In this document: positions 44,523 through 56,300 of the stretch, in pieces
Numbering within the stretch: position 1 is the first letter of the stretch
Layout: every line of letters starts with the position of its first letter
IMG/VR virus record: IMGVR_UViG_3300025133_009608
Coordinates: 248,001 to 312,000 of that record
DNA length: 64,000 nucleotides
Strand: one strand, 5' to 3'
Position numbers and translations under genes: made by a program
Notes under the pieces: generated by a model
What the model saw: the letters and a program-made list of their open reading frames with translations, nothing else
Told to the model about the DNA's origin: nothing
Databases searched by the model: none

Positions 44523-47500
44523 TTAACTTATCCTAAATTCTTCTCGTAAAACTGCCTCAAAAAGTATTAATCCGGGAGAGATGTACTGATTATCTAGAGC
44601 TTTAATAAATGATTTTCTTCCGCCAAGTCCAGACTCATTAAACATAGATATATCAACTGAGTCGACACCCTTAACGGAGGCCGCAGAAGATATAAGATCA
44701 CTGTAATCAACCACGGACCCGAGTCTCGAAGAATTTAACGTGTTAGTTATATTGTTCGAAACATCCTCGATTATGGAATTTACATTAAGTATATAATCTT
44801 CATTAATCATTATAGTTCCAGATACATCTATAGATAACTCTTCTGCAGACTTTACGAGAACATCTGCCGTTATTGGCCTAACACTTTCGATTGCATTAGT
44901 TGCAGAAGATATTACGTCATTAACATTATAAGATATAGTTATTCTCTCCCCCTCCTTGGGGGCTACAAAAGAGTAATCTGCATAATATATATCATTGCTT
45001 CCCGGCTGGCTCATGGAATCTATCAAAATAGATCCGGAAAGCAATCCAGTCGAGGCTCTAAATCCAGATGATACAGATACTCTGTTTATTAATCCAAATC
45101 TTTTATTTGTAATGCTACTGCCAGACCCTGAAAAATATAGCTCTTCGACATCTTGGTCATTATAAACCAAGACGCTAACCCTAATAATATCGCCTGAAAT
45201 CGCCGTAACACTAGAGTTATTTGGAGTGGATGGCAGGCTCACGTTGTACGCCTCAAGAGACGGCGCATAGAAAGATTTTTTAGGACTATATTTCGCACTC
45301 AACAGGCCCGCCCCGGCAATATCATATTTTAACCTGAGAGTCATGTTAGAGGACAACAGCTGTGCCGAATCAATTCTGGCGATGCCCACTCCATTCGGAA
45401 TTGTTCCCCCAAAGAAGCTTTCGAGCTCTGATTTTAAAGATATTGTCAGGCCGTCAATTGATAGCCCTGCGGTTAAATCTAGATCAAATCTTGTCAGGGT
45501 TTCTCCTGCGATCTTGATCTTTCCCGGAGAGCCTGCACCAATCACCGAGACGGCTAGTTGTGCTGGCCCAAATCTCGAAACACCTCCGGAGGCGTGGTCA
45601 AAAAATATTGGCTGCATACCCTGGGCACTATCAGACGTTACAGAAGAAAATAGAGAGTTAGAAACGTCAGAGCCGAGGATCGGCAGCGCCTCCAGGGACA
45701 CTTCGCCAATAATATTTGGAATTTCTGCAACGTATTTTACAAAAATATCCGAACCCAACTGCTCCGTCTCGTCTACGAGGTCTAATACCTGCGCCTCCGA
45801 TAATATGTCCTCGGAAGGAAGAGTTATTGAGTTTAGGCCGAACGATCCATTGCCGCCCTCGATGTCAAATAACTCTACCTTGTTAAAGAACGCAGTCACA
45901 GCCTCTCCGGCGACTGCCGGAGAATCCGATGGCAAATATATGATGTTAGATGCAAACCCGCCATCTGAAGCTTTTGTATTATAAACTTCGACCCCAGTCG
46001 AGGTAATCACCGACTCAACATTTTTTATGTCGGGGTATTCTCCGCCAAGATCTATCCCGATTGCCCCCAAGACTCCATCTCTTGGGACGCCCCCTATGGC
46101 TCCGTCTATTGTGGATACTGAGTAAACAGAAACCACCCTACTTATTTGCTGCTCGGTGGAAACTATATACTCTATGCCATCGCTGGTCTTTTCTATTATT
46201 GCGGATTCTTTATAGATTCCATTGCTTAGCGCCCAATCTATGACGTCAGACTTTGAATCATCGAATAAGCTGCGCTCATTATCAACATGATCATAATCGA
46301 TATACTTATCGAATCTTTTTCTCCATGTATACGCCGCCTCAAGAATGTCCGATGAGCTTGGAAGGCTCCGGCCTTCGATTCTTATTAGCCCGGTCTCCGA
46401 TCCGCCGCCAGACAAGCTGTTGCTGCGGCCCACCACATAGGTCTCACCCGTTGTTTTATTTTTTATAGAAGAAACGCTAGTAACTGGAAAGTGATTTAAT
46501 TGGATATAATCTCTTCCAGATATAGATATAGATGAGTTTTCTCCTATTATTCTAATATCCTGGTATACGCTGCCCATATCGGACATATCGGTATATCTCA
46601 GAGCATCAGCACTATTCAGACTTGGCTTTGAAACTATTTCCCCAAGAACCTCTTTCTCTCCGGATATAAAATGAATCGAATCGAATCCAAACGGGCTTCC
46701 GCCTGTTTCTGGGTTCAGATCTTTCACTAATCTATAATTTCCAGAGGACACCCCATTCTCATCGGTAGATTCTTCCGCGAAGACCCCCGACTGGCTTCCT
46801 ACAATAGAGACTATCGAATCGACCGGCTGAAATGGAAGGTTTCCGTTTTTAAATGCCAAAACTCTACGCTCCGATGCAGTCCTTGTTGGGTCTTGCCCGG
46901 CTTGCCCGAGAATTACATCATTTCTTTCATCACTAGCTCCGCCACTACCCGATAGATCTGTATATATAAATGACTCTGAAGATTCCACTATATTTTTTCC
47001 GAGAATGTATACATCGACTTTTCCGCCAGTTCCAGAAGATAAAATTCGACTCTCACCGCCGTCTAATTCTATAGTTTCTGTTCCGTCTCTCGACATGAGT
47101 GTATCTCCCGGCTCCACAACTATCGCGTCCAGAACTCCCGGAGAGCTGAGCGCTGCGCTTCTATACCCAGAAGATGTTCCGGTATTTGAACCTCCAAATA
47201 TAGACAAAATCCTTGCACGAAAAGAGGAGTCAACCTCTACGTTTGATCCTCCAAATAGCGAGGTTAAATTTACAACATTAACTCCGGATCCAACATTTGA
47301 TTCTATAATCTGAAGAGATGCAACATTTCCGGCAGTACCGGGGCGTGTTGCCTGAACTGGAACTTCAATCGCATATTTACTATTTATTCCCGCTATATTT
47401 AGTGACTTTCTAAGCCTATTTGCCGTTGCTGCGAACCTTCCCTTCTCAAATGGGGTCATTGCATAATTGCCGATTACAGAAAACGAAACGCCATTTCTAG

Positions 47501-47831
47501 ATCTAACGGTCGTTCCAGATGGAATTAGGATATCAGTAGAAATCGAATTTGTAGCAAAAATAACGACCCCAGATGCTAACGCTCCGGCCGCTCTTGTTAT
47601 CCCAAAATTTGATGCAAGCATATCCAAATCCGCACCAGAGGTTGAGGCCAAAGATTGTTTTTCAGATATTGCCGCCAGCGTTCTATATAGCCGATCAATT
47701 TGGTCCGCCTGAATATCTACAAACAAATCCCTAGATACAGATCCGGGCTTGGTATCAAGATTTGGCTGAACCAATCTTAATCTTTCCAACATCGTTGCTA
47801 CTACTTCGCTAAATGTTCTAAATGATGCCAT
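44523..47831 (-). CDS. Baseplate J-like (T4 gp6-like) wedge protein, extended
   Basis: RTFSEVVATML...LDTKPGSVSRDLF...GADLDMLASNFGITR..G..ASGVVIF...IPSGTTV...VQATRPGTAGNV...VVNLTSLFGGSNVEVDSSFRARI. Confidence 0.9.
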   Translation of the reverse strand: MASFRTFSEVVATMLERLRLVQPNLDTKPGSVSRDLFVDIQADQIDRLYRTLAAISEKQSLASTSGADLDMLASNFGITRAAGALASGVVIFATNSISTDILIPSGTTVRSRNGVSFSVIGNYAMTPFEKGRFAATANRLRKSLNIAGINSKYAIEVPVQATRPGTAGNVASLQIIESNVGSGVNVVNLTSLFGGSNVEVDSSFRARILSIFGGSNTGTSSGYRSAALSSPGVLDAIVVEPGDTLMSRDGTETIELDGGESRILSSGTGGKVDVYILGKNIVESSESFIYTDLSGSGGASDERNDVILGQAGQDPTRTASERRVLAFKNGNLPFQPVDSIVSIVGSQSGVFAEESTDENGVSSGNYRLVKDLNPETGGSPFGFDSIHFISGEKEVLGEIVSKPSLNSADALRYTDMSDMGSVYQDIRIIGENSSISISGRDYIQLNHFPVTSVSSIKNKTTGETYVVGRSNSLSGGGSETGLIRIEGRSLPSSSDILEAAYTWRKRFDKYIDYDHVDNERSLFDDSKSDVIDWALSNGIYKESAIIEKTSDGIEYIVSTEQQISRVVSVYSVSTIDGAIGGVPRDGVLGAIGIDLGGEYPDIKNVESVITSTGVEVYNTKASDGGFASNIIYLPSDSPAVAGEAVTAFFNKVELFDIEGGNGSFGLNSITLPSEDILSEAQVLDLVDETEQLGSDIFVKYVAEIPNIIGEVSLEALPILGSDVSNSLFSSVTSDSAQGMQPIFFDHASGGVSRFGPAQLAVSVIGAGSPGKIKIAGETLTRFDLDLTAGLSIDGLTISLKSELESFFGGTIPNGVGIARIDSAQLLSSNMTLRLKYDIAGAGLLSAKYSPKKSFYAPSLEAYNVSLPSTPNNSSVTAISGDIIRVSVLVYNDQDVEELYFSGSGSSITNKRFGLINRVSVSSGFRASTGLLSGSILIDSMSQPGSNDIYYADYSFVAPKEGERITISYNVNDVISSATNAIESVRPITADVLVKSAEELSIDVSGTIMINEDYILNVNSIIEDVSNNITNTLNSSRLGSVVDYSDLISSAASVKGVDSVDISMFNESGLGGRKSFIKALDNQYISPGLILFEAVLREEFRIS

Positions 47832-47840
47832 CTTTAATTC

Positions 47841-48272
47841 CTATGTTAACCTTACGGTTATAAACTCACTAACCTCTGTTAGCTCTCTGGTAATAACTGA
47901 AATGGATATATTATATAATCTTGGGTCATCAAGGTCCCTGCCTACGTTAACATTTCTAATTTCAACTATTGCCTCGCCTGGAGATAAAAATTGCCGCCTC
48001 TCTTGTGCTCTTTGCATTGCAATTAGAGTTTTAATAGCTGATTTTGCCGATGCTATTATTTCCATGGACATCATATTTTCATCAGTATAGTGACCTACCC
48101 TTAGCGCGCCAATTATGCTACCATAATTTCTATGATATTTTACGCTGCCCTTTTGGGTTAATAATATCTTTATAAGATCTTGCTTTAACTTAGAGTTTTC
48201 AGCAACAGTATCTACCCCACCCCCCGCTACAAGCCTTAGATCTCCATTCTGTATCTTAAGATCGAACGACAT
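47841..48272 (-). CDS. gp25/gpW-like baseplate wedge subunit
   Basis: MSFDLKIQNGDL...KLKQDLIKILLTQKGS..YHRNYGS...I...NV...DPRLYNISISV; directly upstream of baseplate J. Confidence 0.85.
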   Translation of the reverse strand: MSFDLKIQNGDLRLVAGGGVDTVAENSKLKQDLIKILLTQKGSVKYHRNYGSIIGALRVGHYTDENMMSMEIIASAKSAIKTLIAMQRAQERRQFLSPGEAIVEIRNVNVGRDLDDPRLYNISISVITRELTEVSEFITVRLT

Positions 48273-48366
48273 TTATATTCCTATTAAATTAAACAATTAA
48301 ACTTCGATATTTAAGTAAAAAATAATAGAAAAACTACTATCGCTGCAAAGCCCCAGCAAAGGCGGC

Positions 48367-50361
48367 CTAGGCATCGAGCGGATCGGCCGGCGTCGGCGGT
48401 GGAGTCGGCGAAGGGCTCCATGTTTCCATGAACGTCCTGTATACGGCATTTGCAAGAAATGCGACATCATTTACGGACTCAACTATTGATTTTCTACCAC
48501 CCTCAATTGAGCTTCTTTCTTCAAAAAGATCAAATGTACCGTCTGGAAATTCTCTCTTCATATTTTCATATTGAGAATCGTTCAGCAAGCCTATCAGGCC
48601 GCCCTCTTCCATTGAGAAGAGCGCAATAGAAAAGGCCATAAGATCCAGAATTCCAACTCCCTTTTTCGTTCCCAGGATCAGCATTATATCCTCCATTGCA
48701 CTCTCCGCCACCCTTCTTTGCGCGGCCACCCTTCTCTCTGCAGATGCAGTTAGCTTGCTTCTTATTGCATCTTGATTTGCTCCAACTATTTTCATCACAT
48801 GGCCCATAAAATGAGCGCTTCCAATGTCGGAGCTTCTTTGGGTATTTCTCTGAAGATCTATTGCCAGTGGGCTCGACGCCTCTCCAAATAATGTCATCGC
48901 CGACTCTTCGAACAATAATGCCGCTCGGAGTTTGGTCTGCTCATCCGACTCTGGGGCTGGCGAAGATGTTTGAGCCACGGAAGGGCGAGAACTAGAGTCC
49001 ACTCGACCATCCTCAGAGGCCGAAAACTGCGGAGTTCTCTTTATGTCTTTATTTTTCTTTTTCGCCCACTGAACCATTCCAATCACTGCGGACCACATTC
49101 TGGATATAACCATTGCCTCTACCACTCCCATGCTATCGGCGGTTTTATCTATGGTCATTTCTACTCCAAGGTTTATCTCCTCAGAAAGCGGGTCTCTAGA
49201 GCCGGCAAATGCTAGCGTTCCAGAGATTCTATCCATTCTCAGCCTTATAACTGCCTCCAGCAGGGTCGACTTCATAGTGGCTCCATTTATCGTCCTTTGG
49301 CTCCTCGGAAGGAATGGCTCGGCAATAATCTTTGATGGCTCATTTATGCAAGTTTCTATATCCCCATCTTGGAACGGTGGAAACAGCAGATAAACATGCT
49401 TATAAAAATTACCAGGCTCATGGAGCCAATCCACAGTTTCGGGTGGCGCGCCGCCTGTCAGTTTTAGAAATATTCTTTTCAGCCTTTTCTCGCTCAAGCC
49501 TGGGAGGCTATCTATTTCATTGGCGACCAAAATTGTAAAAACTTCGGCTCCGTCATTGAGCGAGCTTCCGGACGAAAGCAATATTTGGACCCCCGTGGCT
49601 GCATCGGTACGCGCAGCAAGACCTGCTGCCGCCGTAGCCGCCGCGCCGGAGTCGCCAGCCCCAATGCCCCTTGCTTTATTTATTTCGTCAGCTATGTTCT
49701 TCATCTCTTCTTTTTCGCTATCGCCAACCGGCGGAGCCTCTGAAAACGGATCCGAGCTGCTATTTATATAGTCAAATAATGCCGCATTACTAACTCGGCT
49801 CCCCTCTGCTTCCTGTCTTTTGTTTAATGTCCCCCACAGCCCGCTTGTCACGGATGCCCTTCCCACAAATTCATCGAAGTTCGTATTCTCCAGCGATGCT
49901 CTTCCGTCGCTAGATATATCAAGCAAGCAGGCATGACAATCATCTATATCATTTGAGCTTGGCATTCCAAGCATTCTCATGAATGCATTCTCATAAGACT
50001 CCATTGCGGCGGTTGAGTTTGGAATGGCCTCATTAACTACAGTATTTTCCCCATGTTTTTCAATTGACTCGAGGATTTCTATTGGCATCCATGATGACCT
50101 CATTCCTCTGAGCAGTTCCGGTAGATCTTTTGCGTCAGATAATATTTTTTCAATTGCCTGAAGCAGCGGCGCCCCACTCGCTCCGGCTGTTAAATCCGAA
50201 TAGGCCCCAGAAACGCCATCCGAAGAGTCCGTAAAGCGATCCATAAGCCCTCTTGCTGCGGCAAGCTGGTTGCCCAAAAGGCCCCGAGCCATAATGTTGG
50301 CGCTCCTCAGGTACTCCTCTATGGGGTCACTGCCCTCAGGGCTTGTCGTATCGTCGCTCAT
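48367..50361 (-). CDS. 664-aa hypothetical, mostly helical protein in the baseplate module
   Basis: Long ORF with GAGG RBS between baseplate genes; Ala-rich linkers and a Pro-rich C-terminus; no family recognised. Confidence 0.75.
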   Translation of the reverse strand: MSDDTTSPEGSDPIEEYLRSANIMARGLLGNQLAAARGLMDRFTDSSDGVSGAYSDLTAGASGAPLLQAIEKILSDAKDLPELLRGMRSSWMPIEILESIEKHGENTVVNEAIPNSTAAMESYENAFMRMLGMPSSNDIDDCHACLLDISSDGRASLENTNFDEFVGRASVTSGLWGTLNKRQEAEGSRVSNAALFDYINSSSDPFSEAPPVGDSEKEEMKNIADEINKARGIGAGDSGAAATAAAGLAARTDAATGVQILLSSGSSLNDGAEVFTILVANEIDSLPGLSEKRLKRIFLKLTGGAPPETVDWLHEPGNFYKHVYLLFPPFQDGDIETCINEPSKIIAEPFLPRSQRTINGATMKSTLLEAVIRLRMDRISGTLAFAGSRDPLSEEINLGVEMTIDKTADSMGVVEAMVISRMWSAVIGMVQWAKKKNKDIKRTPQFSASEDGRVDSSSRPSVAQTSSPAPESDEQTKLRAALLFEESAMTLFGEASSPLAIDLQRNTQRSSDIGSAHFMGHVMKIVGANQDAIRSKLTASAERRVAAQRRVAESAMEDIMLILGTKKGVGILDLMAFSIALFSMEEGGLIGLLNDSQYENMKREFPDGTFDLFEERSSIEGGRKSIVESVNDVAFLANAVYRTFMETWSPSPTPPPTPADPLDA

Positions 50362-50370
50362 ACATTCCTC

Positions 50371-53300
50371 TTAGTTTTCAAGCTTTGTGCCAAAGCCCTG
50401 AGGGGATGGCTTCGCGCTCTCGGCGCTGGCATCTCTTGCATCATTTTCAAAATTAATACCAGATTTGACCTTTGGAGTAAATATTATAGTTAAGATTCTG
50501 TCAACCTGCATAATCGACCCGGGAGAAAATAACTCCTGAGCTTCCTCTGCGTCCGGAATGCAGTCTACTCCGAGATCCTCCGCGGACTCCGGAAATATGA
50601 GCCCCTTGTCTGCCCAGGCTCTTATTGGAATATCACAAAATGATGCAGATATTTGCACAACGCCAGGCGTTTGAGATGTAATAGAAGCAAAATATTTCTC
50701 ACTCTCTCTGGAGATTATATTTCCATCTTCGTTTATCTCCATAAAGTACGCCCTAGACTCAGTCTTGTCTTTTACTATATTCAGCTCGACGTGGCTGGAC
50801 CAGTCTCTTGAGATCGGAAAGTCCGCATCTTTAGAATCACGAGGGACTATCTCTATATAAACTGGCGAGCCGGCCTCAATCATTATCATATCTCCAATCC
50901 CAGAGGCAAATTCAGATGCACCAGTTACGGTTGGCAAATCAAAACTAACGCCATCTATTATATCTGGATCGAGCCTGGTCGGATCCTCTCCCAGTTCATC
51001 TCCCGAGTCTGCTAGCTCTTCATTTATTATCTTAAATCCGGTATTTAACGGATTAAACACCCAAGGACACACCCTTGTAACTGCATCGTCTATACACAGC
51101 TCTAGTTTTTTATGCTCGTCGTATACTTCTTCTACGTCGAATTTTGTTTCTCTAAGTTTTATCTGAAAATCTTCTATCGACTGAGTTTTATCGCTTGCTG
51201 CTGTGAGTATGTTTTTTGACTTTTCCTTTATATAATCCCTAAATGACTCTATACAATCATTTGCCTCGCCCACTATTGATCCGAAATCATCCGGCCAAAT
51301 GGCGTCCATCGGTCCGAGGTCAAACAATGCTTCATTCATATCTGACACCTGACATGCCGAAGCTATTTCGTCGGCGCAATGGCGAAGATCTACCACATAT
51401 AATCTTGGAAAATCAAGTACTTTTATCGTGTCGATTGCCTCACTGATTGCCTGCTGATCGTCGTCGGGACTGTGGTCGTCATCGGTATGCAGATAGTTGT
51501 AAGCGCCTGGTGGTGAAGGTTGCCCTTCATCTGGAAATGGAGGAGTGAACTCGTCATGGTCGGTGGCACCAGCGCCGAACGTTGCGTTGTAACTGCTTGC
51601 AGGAATTTTGGCAAAATAGCCGCTGCCGGGGTCGCCATCGGGCCCCCAGGGCACGGTGTTCCAGCCCCCTGGATCAGAAGCGGCCTCGTAATTTGCCAAG
51701 ATCCAGTTTGCATTAGCCTGTTGTTGTACTATTTTCTCGCCATTTTTGGTGCCGCCGCCGCCTTCTTCCTCGGTAGTTCTATATACCGTAAAGTCATCTT
51801 TTGATGCTTTTTGCTTTGGAGCCGAAGGATGATTTATCATTTTGGCAGTTATAGATGTTATCTTATTTCCAACGGTATTAATTCCATTTGGCTCTATAAA
51901 GTAAACATTAAATTCATCGTCAACCAAGGCAACCATCGGAATCCCCGGGAACGTCTTTTGATATGGGGTCTCAGTAAGATCTTCCAGTGGGAATCCCTTA
52001 TCATCAACTTCCTGGGAATAGGATATTAAATCCAGAGTTAAACCGCGAGGCTGGAGCGATCCAGCTCCCTTTAAATAATTATTATAACCATCCCGAGGAC
52101 TGACAAGATCCCATCCGCCGTCGGTGCCTTCGCTTAAGCGCAAATTCCCATCGCCGTCTTTCTTTAAAAAGACAGGGCCATCATCCAAAGTCTGCAGCTC
52201 ATCAAGTGTTTTTGCCTTTACAAATATTCCGAGGAACCAGTGGTATGCAGCCCAGCTAGTAATCCCAGATTCCTCAAACTCAAAGGTTACAACTCTTGGG
52301 TCTGGACCCTTGAAGATTTTAAATCCACCCTTGGTCGACTTTGTGAATGATAAACCGAAAGTTGCCTCAAAATCTCCATTGTCAAACCTTACCGACGATG
52401 GCTTTACATTTGCATACCTGCCCGGATTCCCATCGGCATCGATCTCCTCCTCCCCGAAGTGCACACTAAAGAGCTCGCCCTCTGTATCCATTACTTCTTC
52501 GTAATTAGCGACGAGATCGCCTACTCCGGCCTCTCCCGGGCGAACCAGAACGTTGCCCGGTACGCCGGAGGTCCCGCCATCCTTGTTTTCGATCTCACTA
52601 TCGTATCCGGCCTCCGGAGTATTTCCATAGCCTCCAACGTTACTCTTCGGCAACGCAGTATAGCTCTGAGCCATAGGCAGAAGGGCGTCGGGAGTTATCT
52701 CTCCCGTTGGGCTCATAACTTTGCTCAAGATAATTCCAGCAAGCATAGACGGAGAGATGCACATCTCTGGATCTCCATCTTCTTCGATCTCACATGGGAA
52801 TCGGAAGAACATTTGAATTATTTCTAGAATCATTCCAAGAATTGTAATTATTGGCTCAAGAACCTCAAGATCGGTTTCCAGACTAAAAATATGCTCATTA
52901 AGAGTTTCCTCCAGGGTTACTATCGCCGCATAATTTTTATATGTAATAGCCGCATCTAAAGATGTAATTATATCATTTATAGCGACTATCCATCCGAGGA
53001 TCTTCAGAATAACGCACTGGAGAAGCTCCAATAGGTGCAGAAGCAGAAACAGTACCGCAATAGGAATTGCGATCTGAGGAAGAAGCAGCAGCAACTCAAA
53101 AAGGCAAGCAAATAATCTTATTATTGCATAAGCCAATTTAAATGGATTCATTAACGCACAAATAACATCAATAATACACAAAATAACTTTAATTGGAATA
53201 TATAATGTCTTTAAGTCATCAAGATGATACTTTAGCTCAGCGGTAAGATGAAAGGACAAGTCACAGAAGCTATTCAGGAACTCCTTTGCGGCCATAGACT

Positions 53301-56300
53301 TGTCCCCGATCCAGGCGCCGATCCTTAGCTGGAACATTTCAATTCTATCTTTTATGTCATCCAGGCCCATCCTCTCTAGCATGTCTCCAAAATCATCTTC
53401 TAAAGAAAATGTTTTTTCCGTCCCAAGCTGGAGAATCCCTCTCATCATATTTTCGTTAGAGTTTGTCAGACCAAACGTTACACAGCCATCCATAGAAAAT
53501 GTTGGTGATAAACTCATATCCGGAACAATAATCGTCGTTAATTGCGTTGGGCCCAAGAACGAGATTGCACCCGCTCTGTTCGCTCTTATTCCGGAAATTT
53601 CAAACTTCGTAGTCTCTGTGACTCCAATGGACTTTATTCTTAGTTTTTCCCCCGTTCTGATTGATAACTTTGAAATTGGAAACGTGCCCGCAGTCACACT
53701 CTCCGACTGATTTGGAAGATAAATATTTTCATCACCCTCCTTCTTTACTTCGACTATTTCCGGAATATTAAATCGAATAGATGAGGCGTTCCTTATCTCC
53801 ATTTCAAGGACCAGCTTGTAGTCCCTGGACCCCTCCTTATTATGTATCTGGGCTCCAGAGACTTCTGCTCCACTTGGAATAATTATTCCTTCTAGATCTG
53901 TCCCAACAAGCTTTGCGCTCGAGCCTATCATAGAGTTTAAGAGTCCCTCTATGCTTCCTGCGAAATCATTCAAAAAGTTTTCAACGAAGTCCGCCGCGGA
54001 CGATAAGTCGTCCGTTAAGACGTTAGTGAGATTATTTACATCATCAACAAATTCATTTGCAGCCTTTGATGCGTCATCAAGAGCCTCGGCACCCTCAACG
54101 ACAGCATTCACGGCGCCATCCAGCAAGCCAGTATCGCTTGGCTCTGCCGCTGCGACTTGGTCCTCGACCTGGGCCAGCGCAGCGGCCTGATCCGAAGCCC
54201 CTGCTGCCGTACCGGAACCCCCCTCTTCTTCGGAGCCCGATGCCCCGCCGCCCGCAGAGCCGGAGTCGCTCGCCGCCCCAACCTCTCCCGAGCCAGTGGG
54301 ATCGGGCTCCGATTGGGCCTGTGATCGTGATATTTCCGAGCACAAGTCCGGAGGTATCCCGCCAACTTTATTTTCGCTCTCCGCCCCTAACGCTGCGCCG
54401 ATCTCTCCCAGAATGTCTGAATTTATAACTTGGGAAATATATCCGCCCGGACTTAAATTGACAATAAGCTCATCCGGAATGCCTTCGAATCGCGTTCCAT
54501 GAATAATTTTATTGTCACCCGTACCGGCCTCACGGCCCAGCTTGAGCCCTATATTTGGGACTAAAACCACTTCGCTCATAAACTCAACATCTGATGCGGA
54601 TCCGCCTGGACGGGGATAACTAGATGGCGCGAGTATTAGCCTTTCCGTTGGAATGATAACACTACTACTATCCACCGGTTCGCCGACTACCTGGCTTGGA
54701 CTGCCCTGGTTGATGTCACTTTCACCTTTTAAAACTTTTAGATCGCTACCATTATAAATCTTAACGCCATCAACAGTTTCGAATGGCTCATCCCCTTCTA
54801 TGCTGACGGTAACTCGGTTGTATACGGAAGAGCCATAGGTAACCCCATAGTTTTTATCTTTCTTTCTTATCTCAACATCGAGCCATCCGTCGTCGTCGAT
54901 CTGCTTTCCTTTAAATACAAATAATGCACCGCCACCAAACTTAACCCTACGGCCAGTCAGGCTTTCGAATCCAAGCTTTCTACTAAGCCTTTTTCCTCCA
55001 ATATATCCCTTGTACTTCCCTGCTCCAGCGGGAAGATCAACGTGAACACCCAACAGGCTGACTTTGTTTCCGGCCTTCAGCTTCTTTCCATATTCGCTGG
55101 GTTCAAGGTTTCTTTTCTCGAGCTTCTTTTTCAGCTTACCATTGATGTCGGACTCCCTCGCATTGGTCTGTACATCGTCACTGCCGGGTAGCTTAAGATA
55201 TAGCCCGCGGATTGTTGGAGGGTGAGAAAATCCATCTATATCTACCGTTCCATATCCATTCGGCTCTAATGTAACCTCCAAAGGATCCGGATCGCCGGCA
55301 GCGGCGCCATCGTTGTCAGCAGGTGCCGCCAGCTCTATTTCTTTGTTAGTTATAAGTATCTTCGAGGGACCATCTGCACTCGGAAGCTGAGAAAAATTAT
55401 ATCCGACATAGCTTGATCCGGGGAATTTTAAAATACTATTTTTGTTTGACAGCCGATAAAAATCACCAGAGTTAGAGTCACTAAATCTATAAATAACATT
55501 TATTGCAACAATATAATTCTCGCCATCGCCAGCGCGCAAAGAAACAACCTCCGATGGCATCGAGAAGTCCTTTATTATCTTCCTGTTTTTCTCCGTAGAT
55601 TTTAACGCTAGGTATCCAAATAATTTATTTCCAGATCGAAACAGTTTGTTATTTGACTTTATCTTTAACTTTGCACTGCCTCCATCCATCAAGAGAGGGA
55701 CTGCACTAAAGCTATTTTCAAAAAACTTTGCGGCCTCAAACTCCTCCTCTGGATGCTCAATCAGTACAAGTGGAGGCGGGACCTCATCTCTCGATGGCCT
55801 ATCTGCGCTCGGCGTTCCACCGGGAGATATATAAGCAAGCCCAGTCCGCCCAGCACCATAGTGGATCCCTCCCACTCGATCTATTAGGCCGAGAGTCACG
55901 GGCCCAACGTTCGAGCCCAGTCCCGTTAGCGTACCATAATCTGCAGAGTCATCAACCCCCATGATCCCTATAGAGTTCTCGCTAACAATTCCCCTAAAGA
56001 CACCGTCCGAAAAGTAATGATCAGTTGCCAGGCTTGGGTCCAGAGAATTTGCCGGGCTAAAACGAACCCCGACTACCTCGTCAAAGTCACTCCCGCTAAT
56101 CGTCACAATTGCCCGCTCAGAGCCATACATAGGAAGGTCCCCCTGGAAGCCTCCCGGGGTGACGCGACCAAGGCTTGGGGAGGGGAGGCTTAGTTGTAGC
56201 ACAGAATTTGTTGCCCGGGCAATTTGACCGATCTCGTCCATGACGTAAACTGCAAATTTAATATTATCGGCTGGCGGCCTGAACTTCTTCCTTATATCAA

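Noticed and set aside
48335-48366. Possible intrinsic terminator after the 664-aa gene (GCTG...CAGC then TTTTT on the minus strand)
   Set aside because: The stem is only about 4 bp and is separated from the T-run; too weak to call.
54057-54428. GC-rich overlapping ORFs on both strands (Arg/Pro-rich translations)
   Set aside because: By-products of the Gly/Ser/Ala low-complexity linker of the 2554-aa protein.
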